Assembly: GCA_040143965.1 (NCBI GenBank)
Contig: JASJQH010006929.1
Coordinates: 1-37,222 of the forward strand
Source: Basidiobolus ranarum
Lineage: Eukaryota
Reading direction: 5' to 3'
Length of the DNA: 37,222 bases
Each line of letters opens with the position of its first letter. The stretch's first letter is position 1. A program made the position numbers and the translations under genes. Of the stretch, positions 21,701 to 32,253 are shown one piece after another. The notes beneath the pieces are model-generated. The model saw only the letters and a list, made by a program, of their open reading frames with translations. It did no database searches and had not been told where the DNA came from.

Positions 21701-22368
21701 TTGGATGGTTGCTGTAAAAGTGATACTGCTTTAATGATACTGTTTTGGTCAATATTTACTGCAGTCTTTATAAGTAATCATTTTATATCTTCCTAGATAT
21801 TCATCAGAGATAATCTTTTGTTAAAGTTTGCATTATTACCGTTGACTTACAGGATTGGAAGTATAGGAGGTGGATTTCAAATGTGCTTGAATTTAGCATT
21901 GGATCAACTGGTGCTTTTGTGTAACTCTGATCTGTCTATGGCATGAATGTTTGCATTTGTAATTCATCCTTTGCTGCTTCAAATGGCTTGCGTTACAACT
22001 TGCGACTCTGCTTGTCAAGTTGATTGATAATGGGTTGTGATACGTAGCTTAGCTATGAGGTCAGTGATAATACTCATTCGATATAAATATATATACATAT
22101 CTAAACGTTGGGTTGATTTATAAACTGTCAAGTGTTGACCTAATTTAGAAGACAAAAAATTACTATCTGTACCTACACTTGTGTCGGTGAGAGTCAAGGG
22201 AACATAGCAAGGCGCACATAATCAAGATGTAGATTATATTTTTCATGATTCATTATTGTTGCTTCACTTGCTCGTTAGAACTCTTGGACGAGACAAAAGG
22301 TGAAATATAAAACGAGTAGCTTGTCTGTGCAGTATAATCAGAAAATCCAATTTCAATACCATTCCATC

Positions 22369-23265
22369 ATGTCTACAAGCTCTACTGTTCATTTGAAGAA
22401 ACATGCTTATGGAAAGACCAATGTCCGTCTTACTAAGGTTATTCGTCACACTGAGGACTGGCATGATATTGTTGAGCTTACTTGTCAAGTACTATTAGAA
22501 GGCGACTTCAAGGTCTCTTATACTGAGGCCGATAATTCCGTCATCATCCCTACTGATACCGTAAAGAACACCATTTACGTTCTTGCCAAAAAATCCAACC
22601 ATGTTCAAACCATCGAACGCTTTGGCTATGAAATCGGTCAACACTTTATCGACAGGTATTCTCATGTCGATAGTGTTTACGTTAAAATCATTCAACATCG
22701 CTGGACTCGCATTGACATTGATGGGCAACATCATCCTCATTCTTTCTTCCGTGATGGAGAAGACACAAGACGTGCCGAATTGGTTGTCTCTCGTAATGGT
22801 AAGGTCACCATTGAGTCTCGTATGAAAGATCTTCTTGTATTAAAGTCTACTGGCTCGAACTTCACCAACTTCCATCGTTGCGAGTACACCACCCTTCAAG
22901 ACGCTCACGATCGCATTTTCTCAACTAGTGTTGATGCCAAATGGACCTACGACATCACTAAATCCAAGATTGAGGAGATTCCATTCGATCATATTGCTTC
23001 TGGTGTCCGTGAAGTAACCTTGAGCACCTTCGCCATCGATAATTCAGCCTCCGTACAAGCCACCATGTACAAGATGGGCGAAAAGGTGTTAGAAAACCAT
23101 TCAGATGTGATTGAGATTAGCTATGCGCTTCCCAACAAACACTACTTCAGCGTCAACCTCAAGCCCTTCAATCTCCCCAACGAAGGTAAAGATATGAATA
23201 TTTTCCAGCCAGTGAGTGACCCTGCTGGATATATCACTGCTACCATTGCTCGTCGAGGATACTAA
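22369..23265 (+). CDS. uaZ: Uricase (urate oxidase) copy 2, no PTS1 (ends -RRGY)
   Basis: YGK, YTEADNSVIIPTDTVKNT, VLKSTGSNF, DRIFST, SASVQAT, LPNKHYF, PVSDPAGYI. ATG at 22369. Intronless. Confidence 0.95.
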   Translation: MSTSSTVHLKKHAYGKTNVRLTKVIRHTEDWHDIVELTCQVLLEGDFKVSYTEADNSVIIPTDTVKNTIYVLAKKSNHVQTIERFGYEIGQHFIDRYSHVDSVYVKIIQHRWTRIDIDGQHHPHSFFRDGEDTRRAELVVSRNGKVTIESRMKDLLVLKSTGSNFTNFHRCEYTTLQDAHDRIFSTSVDAKWTYDITKSKIEEIPFDHIASGVREVTLSTFAIDNSASVQATMYKMGEKVLENHSDVIEISYALPNKHYFSVNLKPFNLPNEGKDMNIFQPVSDPAGYITATIARRGY

Positions 23266-23647
23266 TTCGATATTGCATGTGACCATTTTTACATTGGTTG
23301 TTCGATAATTACATGTGGCTATTTTTATCATGGCTGTCTCACTTGTATTCATTCGGTCAACTCATTCATCCTCAATACCCAAAAACATCCACCATTTCAA
23401 TTAAATGAGAAATAAACAATCCAATCAAACCAATTATATTAAGCTCTGCACTCGGACCAATTATATTCGTACAATCATTTGCACTGTAACCTAAACCCTA
23501 GGATTGCCACTTGTCGCGTATTCTACATTGGTTCCTAGGATTCTTAATGATTAGTCTATAGTTCCTTATATATTTTAGAAAATCTATCCATAAAAAGTAT
23601 ATCTGCGGTTGTGGTCTATATAACACTCGAATATACCCCGCTTGTAA

Positions 23648-23668
23648 TAGTAGTAGTAGCAGTAGTAG
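23648..23668. repeat. (TAG)n microsatellite with one CAG interruption, just upstream of the ADAL start
   Basis: tagtagtagtagcagtagtag. Confidence 0.8.
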
Positions 23669-23683
23669 TTACGTACAATAATA

Positions 23684-25198
23684 ATGGAGGTAGTCAGCAC
23701 ATCGTTCGTTAACGAAAATTTTGGAAGTAATGAACACCTCGAGAAATTTTGTCGCGCTTTACCCAAATTGGTATGGTGCCATTTTTGTGGAATTAGTTTT
23801 TGAATTTTTACTTCGCCTTGGATTCTAACCAACTGGATGCTTTAAAGGAGCTTCATGCTCATATAAACGGTTCTATTACCACCAAAACTATGCGTGAGTT
23901 GGTGGAAAGAAAAAAAGAACAACAACCAGAACTTTTGGAGTTCGAAATTCGCGAGCCTGGTCCTCTATCGCAGATAAACGAGTGAGTATATTTTTCAAAA
24001 TCCATGTAAAATACCCAGTTCTTATCAGCTCAACTCAATTATCCGTAGTTTCTTCGAATTATTTCACTTCATCTACAAGTTGAGTAATGACATTCCTTCT
24101 GTCAAATACATAACAAGAAGCGTTATCAAAGACTTCGCCGAGGATGGTGTAAAATACTTAGAGCTTCGCAGTACTCCCAGAGCGGACGAAGCTAGTGGTA
24201 TGCACAATTAATAACATGTACCCGTACATAGATTACTAATATTTTAATACTACCTAGGCATGTCAAAGCGGGACTATATTGAAGCAGTACTGGAGGTCAT
24301 TGAGGAGCTATCCTCCCCCGAATACATCATTGTCAAGCTCATTGTTAGCATTGATAGAAGACATACCCTAGAAATGGCCATGGATACTGCGAAACTAGCT
24401 GTCGAATATAGAGCTAAAGGTGTGGTTGGTGTAGATGTTTGTGGCGATCCTTCGGTAAAAATATTGACTTGATCGGGCTTTGTAACTTTATCTAATGACA
24501 TCATGTTTCATAGCAAGGGGATTTTGACACGATCAAGCCAGCATTACATTATCTTAATGACCACGGCATTAAACTCACTATCCACATGGGTGAGGTAAAC
24601 TTCTCACTTTCGTACTGTGTGTAGCTACCATATCTGATAATTTGTATAATCCAGCTCCCAAGGAATGTTGAGGAGGGGCTATCCATGCTCTCCCTTAATC
24701 CTGGTCGTGTTAGTCATGTCACTTTCTTAAGCGACGAGCAACGCCAAGTCTTGATAGATCGTAAAGTACCTCTAGAAATTTGCATGTCTTCCAATGTGTT
24801 ATGCCAAACTGTGAAGTCTTACGAATCCCATCATCTGCGCGATTTTCTGAAGAGAGATCATCCATGCATTCTTTGTGTAAGTTATACTTTAAATATTTAT
24901 TCCAGTATCTGTGTTCTGATCCCCTTTTCTTATTTTTGTAGACTGATGATAGAGGTTAGTTACTTTTTTGAAATTTACTCTTCTTCAAAAACTGAAAAAT
25001 ATGCTTACAAATGAAGGGGTATTTGGGAGCCCATGCTCCAATGAGTACGCAATCGCTGCTCGCACCTTCAATCTAAACCAGTCGGAGCTATATACGCTTT
25101 CACATCTGGGTATCCAAGGGATATTTGCTGACGATGGTACTAAAGTGGCTCTTGAAAAAGCTATGGCAGAGTGGAAATCTATTAATATTCAACAGTAA
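23684..25198 (+). CDS. ADAL: Adenosine deaminase-like protein (ADAL/MAPDA, N6-methyl-AMP deaminase family), multi-exon
   Basis: Spliced LPKL|ELHAHINGS (ADAL-type HxHxNGS), DFAEDGVKYLELRSTPR, LIVSIDRR, GVDVCGDP, TIHMGE, RVSH, PLEICMSSN, HHL, LC|TDDRG|VF. Confidence 0.9.
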
Positions 25199-26638
25199 AC
25201 CCAATTCCCTATTTCCTAGTGAACTTGATAACTATGCATGTATATTCTCATGATTTGTTATAACGAACTAGGTGGAACTATCGATCATACCATAATAAAA
25301 CTCCTGAGAGGTAGACCTCACTAGCATTAATTGCTCCATGATTGATGTTTAATTACTTCATATCTTGTGTATATTGTGGTGGTCTGGCACAATCGATCTT
25401 ATCTTTCAGTAGGGTATTGATAATGACTACAGCGTCTCAGGTTAGACAAAGGCACAGCTAACTCGCAGTGCAATATATTACCTCAAATTCGTAGCTTGGA
25501 TCGACCTGAGTCTCCTGCATATTTTCTTAGCATAATCTTAGGTAATCTCTCCTCAATCGTTAACTAATTGAATCCTGGGGAGAGATATAGACCATTCATG
25601 CTAATGATTCCTGGCCCATGGACTGTTTGATCATGAGGAGGTTTATACAGTGCATTTCCTGAATCGTGCCCACTCTTGACAACCTCGAAAGAGTGCTATC
25701 CAGATTCTTCTCTACTATTATTACTGACTTTTTGCAAGCAAAAAGACCTTCTTACTGCCTCAAAATATAGAAGCTTTACTCAGAAAGTGCTAGATTGGTT
25801 ATTCTAATGCCACTGGGCTCAGGGATTTACGTTTGTATCTTGGTTACTTACTCCAAGTGTGTATCGTGAAGCAGGGGCTTGGAAGCAATAGGTTTGAGAA
25901 AAATATCCACAATCAGGACATACACTTTGGCATACTATCAAAGTAACGTAATTAATCATCGCTGATTTATAAAAATTTCTGGCCATGTACTTTTCCCATA
26001 TTTCAGTTGTTGTGAGTACTTTGGTAAATAAAACGAACACTTGATCCCTCCAACCATCGTTTGAGATGTATGCGTGGCAAATGACTGAATGCTTCATCCC
26101 CCAATAGGTAGCGTTACTTGGTTCACAATGAATGCTCATTAGAGACAGACATATGTATCTCATTTTTAAACTGATTTGTTATTTCGTAGTAATGAATAAT
26201 TAAAGTCAATTATTTATACACTTGAGGGAGCTTGTCCTGAAAACTGACTGCAGGTATGATGGCTCGAACCGACAAACTCTCGGATCAATCTATAAGATCT
26301 GCTGCGCAAAGACTGAACTTAGTTATATTTCTTCATGTTTCTCTTTTTTGAATCAATAAAGATTTAGAAAGCATATAGCCATCCAGCATCAGCATTCATT
26401 CACCGTTTCCTATATACAAATAGAGTTTATAAAGAGGAGTCTTCGCCTCACTTTCTTGATCTATTCAAATCATACTAGACTTGATTGTATACTACTATCC
26501 CTTTGCAAACATTGGCACCTTGCCCTAGTCTATTAATTTTTGAACTTTTCTTTGTGTCTTTATTTTTTGTCACAACGAGAGTAATATCAAGAAGTAGCTT
26601 TGACCCGTTTATCATATCTCTATCAAGATATTCGTAAT

Positions 26639-29311
26639 ATGCTTGCAGCCACAGTAGATACAAACTGCCATTCAGAGAGTCTTGTTGCTTCTTCGGAAAT
26701 GTCGTCGGAGGCATTGCTGGAAAGTAGTCACGGGGCTGCTGAGCTTCACAATAGAGATTTATCAGCCCAAAGCATATCTAAAGTTGCCGAAAACAATATC
26801 GCCTTTTCAACTGAAGTCTCACAGGTAAATAGAGCCAAATCAAGGTGATCTTTACGTATATCAAGTATTCATGTGCTATATTTTACAGACTCCTCCATAC
26901 ATTCCGAACTGTACGAAGGAAGATGCAAAAGTAGTTGAGCACGAGCCAAACTTTCTTAATTCTAACCTTTCCGAAAGTTTTTCAAACTTCCCATCATTTG
27001 CGAGCATACTTTCAGAATCCAAGAATATTAGACTCCGCGAAAGAGATACGTCTTTGTGGACTCTCGGTTAGTTGGCAGTTATATATTTAACAAAGAGTTT
27101 GTAGTAATATAATATCCCAAATCCAGAGAAAAAGATGGAAAATTTTCATATTAGCACATCAATCGTCAGTAACAATGTTACTGAAAAGAAAGAAGATATG
27201 AAGTATTCATATTTAGCAACCAAAAACCATCCAAATACCGTTGGGCTTTCAATGTTTTCCAACAGTCATAACTTCAATATATCAGCTCTAAATGATATAC
27301 GTGGCTTGTCTTCGTGTTTCAGTTCCATGTCAACTCATTTTATCTCAGTTGGACTTCTGCCCCAAGATATAGATGCCAACGAGTTAGAGTTCCTAAAGGT
27401 ATATTATTAACGATATGTCTTTCTGAGTAGGGTTATTAACAATATATATTTTTAGAATACTGGCAAAATATGGCATATTTATACTGATCGAATTCACGAT
27501 TTGGGAATGCTTATTGTCGCGTACTATGACTTACGTGATGCAATTTCAACCGTCAAACAATTGAGGTCGACTCGAATTCGGGGTGGAAATGTGACTGTAA
27601 ATTATATCCGGATTTCGCAACTCGTTAAATGCCCATCCTTATATAATTCCTTTAAGAATATCAACGATTTTGAGGGGAAACTATTGCTTTCTTATTGCCC
27701 ACCAAACCAATTTAGCTCAAATATGCAATTGATCTTGGAATCATGTGGAGAGATTCGAGAAATCAGCCAACTTCCTTATAAATCGAGTATTGTAGTTGAA
27801 TACTATGATGTTAGACATGCAGTAGCTGCCGAAGAAAAGCTACATCGAATGGACCCCCAAGGTATCCAGTATCAAGTAAACTTTTATCCAGACGAAGATT
27901 ACGTAGAGAAGATTGTTATTTTCCACGACTACCAACAAGACACTAGTGGCAGCTTTGCTCAACAAGGCTATATTCAACATAGTAAGAATGATTTAATTCC
28001 TGACATCTGGACAAGAGAGCATCCAACGACCAATAAATTATATGGTAAGTCTCAAATTAAAAATTTGTATGCACTTTCTGGTATTCACTTTGGTCTTTTA
28101 GGAAAATACCCATCAGGAGCCTTTTATCCTATACCTGATTCGCAGCCTACTTATCCTGGACAACAATTTCCAATCTCAGCAGCAAATCCCAAGTGGTTTG
28201 CTGATCCGTATCCTCCAACGACAATGCTACCTGGACTACAGTATGATTCAAGAATAGTGACTAATCTGCCCAAAGTTCGAGACCAAAAAACTAGCATGAA
28301 TTACACTTCTACTTCATACGCCCCATCCAATATGCCTAGGTTCTCATCAAACTCCAGCTCTTGTGAGAATGTTGTACCGGGCCGGAATCAAGTGGATGTT
28401 TGGCGAATTATCCAAGGTAGGCAGATTTTCTTATTCATGAACAATCCATTTTTTTGACCCTCTCATATGACAATATCTAAACTTGCGTATACTATTTTCT
28501 ACTTAGGCTTTGACAACAGGACAACCTTCATGATACGAAATATCCCGAATAAATACACACAGGTAAGTGGCTGTCCAGAATATCTTTCGATAAATTTCCA
28601 ACGTCTAATGTAGTTAAATGGTTTAGAAAATGCTATTGGAATGCATTGACGAGACTCATAGAGGAGAGTATGATTTTGTATACCTCAGGATGGACTTCAA
28701 GAATCATTGTAATGTTGGCTATGCCTTCATTAATTTCATCGACGTCAAGTAATGAAATGACAATTTATCAATATTTGGAATTATATCTAATCATCGATAT
28801 TTAGTGCGGTGATCTCATTTATTGAAAAACGCGTTGGTCGTAAATGGTAAGTATTCAAAAGCCATCTTTTTATTCACCTAATGCAGGAAGACTAACCTTA
28901 AATGCCTCTAGGGGACGGTTTAACTCTGACAAAATATGCCATATATCCTATGCTAACATTCAGGGCAAGAATGCATTGATGGAGAAGTTTAAAAATTCCA
29001 GGTATTGTTAGAGTCTTACAATATTAGAAATACTTGTGTCCGATAATAATGACCTTTCCTGAACTTGTAGTGTGATGGAGAAAGATCCTACCTATCGACC
29101 AAAGATATTCTACAGCTCAGGCCCATTCAAGGGCTTGGAGGAACCTTTTCCAGTCTACGGCACTACCACGTCAGGCTCTATTTTTCATGACACTGTGGGC
29201 CAGTGGATGCCTCACAGCAGTGTAGGGAAGTGGAAAGACCACGAGTCAGACACAGACTCTGGAATATGTAATAGCTTCGACGAGAAGATTGATATGTCGT
29301 ATAGTAAATGA
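26639..29311 (+). CDS. mei2: Mei2-like RRM RNA-binding protein (RRM1, RRM2 and Mei2-type RRM3), multi-exon; start codon uncertain
   Basis: RRM1 IVAYYDLRDA; RRM2 CGEIREI...VVEYYDVRHA; RRM3 DNRTTFMIRNIPNKYTQ, YDFVYLRMDFKNHCNVGYAFINF, FNSDKICHISYANIQG, KFKNS, YRPKIFYSSGP. Confidence 0.88.
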
Positions 29312-30733
29312 ACTTAGTTGATGTAGAGGAGTATTATACTGCGTTATGAATGCTTTTTTATTTGTATAATTTTATTCTCTTCCTCACCTCAAGCTTTCCG
29401 AAAGTCTGCCACTTCTCCATCTGCAGTCTTTCCGTTCTCTTTTTTCTTCAAAAATCTTGAATTTTGGCTAGAATTTATATCCTTTATCAGCGCACAAAAG
29501 ATGACAATGCAATGGCTTGTTCCTACTAAATAATTCACTTTTTATGCTTTCTTTGCATGGTGCCTTCAAAATATTCGGAGCTTGCTTCAGTTTGGATTTT
29601 CCAGTAGCGGATTTATAATATGTACAATATAAGATCTGATGGAAACGTATTTTTTGAATAAATTGTTATTTAGCCTTTTGGTTGGGTTCCAACGAAGATA
29701 TCTGTCAACTGAGCTTGCGGTGCTTGGACCTGGTGTATCTTTCTGTGAATGATTCTTAGTCTAAACCTTTAAAATCTCATGGTTCGTCTCTGCGTATATT
29801 TGAAAAGAACTATCGGTATTCTAGTGAAAATTCACGTAAACATCCAGTAATATGGATATACCTACTCGTACGTGACATTTTGGTTCACCCGTAGTGATGT
29901 TCACTGTTCACCCTATCAGAGCTACTACTTTCGTTCGCTAGGATTAGCAGATTGTTAGCACTAGTGCACATCTGTAATTAAGAGCCAGTATGAGGTACAA
30001 GGATTGAAAAAATTATGACCCCAAGATCGTTTCCCAAACATATGAAAAACCATAACTCCAAGACCAGCATAAAGACCAACATAAAGATCAGGATATTTAT
30101 CGACATCATGTAACTCGGCCCGCACAAACCTCCATCCTCTTAATTGCGAAGGTATGCAGGAGTGGTGATGTGATGAAAGAGATATATGGTTAACGATCGT
30201 CACTCTTGACTAGAGTAAGATATTGTGGATATCACTACGCAATGCTTGGGATCGTTATGTCATTGATAAACGGTGATCTAAGCGGCTCTCAGTGCAGCAA
30301 ATCAAATGTTCCAGTGTTAAGCAGGAGTGTTTCCTGAAAAACAAACCCATTGGGCCGTTTCCAAGTGCAGCAACTCATGATAATCCAGTTATTTCTAGAG
30401 ACATTATCACACAACTCTACCTTTTCTAACCAGCTCCAGCAACTTTTGTCTTGGTTGATGTTCATTGCATGCCTGGCTGAGTCAAAATCAGGACTCTTGC
30501 ATCGATTGATACTGGCTCTGATTAGAGAGTTAGCGTGAATTGGGGCCAAGTAAGGTAGGTTTGTGCCATTTCTATCTCCATTTCATTCTACACTTGGATC
30601 GAGTTAATGTGGTTCTTTCCACACTGGATCAAGCTAGCATCTATGTAACATATCAGAACTTAATCCAGCTGATGCACATTCAACCGATTTTCTCAACGCT
30701 TTTATTGGGAGGCTTTCATTGGGAGGTGCGGGT

Positions 30734-30798
30734 GGATTGCCTGTACGGATTGCTTGTATGGACTGTCTGTATGGATTGCTTGGATGGATTGCCAGACT
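30734..30798. repeat. Degenerate 13-bp tandem repeat x5 (consensus GGATTGCYTGTAT)
   Basis: ggattgcctgtac ggattgcttgtat ggactgtctgtat ggattgcttggat ggattgccagact. Confidence 0.85.
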
Positions 30799-30871
30799 AC
30801 ACATTGCTAGAGAATCACTCACGGCTACATCTCTAGAGAGTCACTTTGCATTCTCACCAAGAGAACTCGAT

Positions 30872-30887
30872 ATGCACCCCTGATATT
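30872..30887 (+). promoter_or_regulatory. 16-bp upstream element ATGCACCCCTGATATT (STRE core), followed by TGAGTCA (AP-1/Gcn4-type site)
   Basis: Exact reverse complement of 10432-10447. Lies about 96 bp upstream of the ATG at 30983. Confidence 0.65.
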
Positions 30888-30982
30888 AAAAAGTGAGTCA
30901 GATGCAGATGTGAGTGAGTGGATGATGGTGTCCATATAAATATATATCAACATCTCTCAAAGTATCCATACCATCTTAGCCC

Positions 30983-31913
30983 ATGTCCTCTCCACACCAG
31001 CTCCAACTCGACATGAATATTGAACTTGATAGATTCAACTATCAATTCGCTTCAGAATTACTCTCTAGTGTACGTATACATTGTACAGCTATGACCTGAG
31101 TGGAATATCTCTTTTAATCCTTCTTCTTCTGTAGACGCCTTCAAAATTAAACTTCCATCATTTTCTGAATGGAAATCCTGACTTTCAAACAGACTGTTAT
31201 CAGAACTATCACATGATGGCTTCACCCTGTGAAAGTACTTACAGTCAGGAAACTGACTATGCCCTACTAGAGTTGGACTCAGAGCGAGAAAGTAAATTGA
31301 AGCTTGAAGGGGGTCTACTGGAGAATAAATTGAAGCTCGAAGAGGAACTGCTGGAGAATTTTTCCAATTGCGCAACTTATATGAATCTGTACAAATCACA
31401 GAACCAATTTGTCGATTCCACCAATTCTCTACTCAATAACTCGCATGCCATGAACACTCCAATGATCCCTTCTTATGCAGAGGTAGACCAGACTGGAATA
31501 ATGCTACCACAATTACAAACCACCTCCGAATCACCTAAGCGTTCTCGAGGCCGTAGAGCATCCAGTAAACCAGACACCTCTGCTGGAGCCAAATCCTTCA
31601 ACTGTGAATATATGGATTGTGGTAAAGTCTTTAAAAGATCTGAACACCTAAAGCGTCACATTCGATCCATTCACACTCTGGAGAAACGTAAGTATATTTC
31701 TCGAACGATCCTCATACGTTTGATGATAATTAACCTACATTGGTATTAGCGTTTCAATGCCCTTTTCCCGCCTGCTCCAAACGCTTCTCTAGATCGGATA
31801 ATTTGAATCAACACATAAGGATTCATCGTCATTCAAAGGATAAAAGAATGCTGCATGGCCATGAGGGATTCGGCTCGTTCGTGCAGTCTTCATTCAATAG
31901 TGGACACCTGTGA
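30983..31913 (+). CDS. C2H2 zinc-finger transcription factor, Msn2/Seb1-like (copy 2), 3 exons (30983-31069, 31135-31687, 31750-31913)
   Basis: MSSPHQLQLDMNIELDRF aligns to copy 1 [44 protein letters not shown]...[37 protein letters not shown]. Confidence 0.9.
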
Positions 31914-32253
31914 TGCTTAATAGAATGTAGTCAATAATTCTTGTGTGTTCTTTCTCCTGCGCTTGTTAGACAACATTCATTAGATAGAAATCTACCTCTC
32001 AAATGTTGACTGTTTGGGAAAAGATCAATTACTTTCTGGGAAGTGGAGCCGGAAATGTAAGTCACTTTAACAATCCTAATCTATCTTTCATTCGTTGCAT
32101 TCGTAGAGTAAAGCACTATTTATATAATCAAATGGCTATTTATGTAAGCAAATGGCTTGCACTATTTATGTAAATCAATGTCAAAAAATATAATAAACTA
32201 GATTAGCATCAAGATTAGTGGTTAAGTGCGTATTTATTCAAATACTAGTGTTT

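Noticed and set aside
23263-23420. Stop-codon readthrough giving uricase copy 2 a cryptic PTS1
   Set aside because: The stop is TAA followed by TTC, not the TGA-CTA readthrough context, and the extension would end in NEK, not an SKL-like tripeptide.
25819-26163. 114-aa minus-strand ORF upstream of the Mei2-like gene
   Set aside because: No domain motif, no coding-like bias and no convincing splice structure.
29961-30836. Several 60-100 aa ORFs between the Mei2-like gene and ZF copy 2
   Set aside because: Overlapping, no recognisable motifs, partly produced by the 13-bp repeat; most likely promoter or intergenic DNA.
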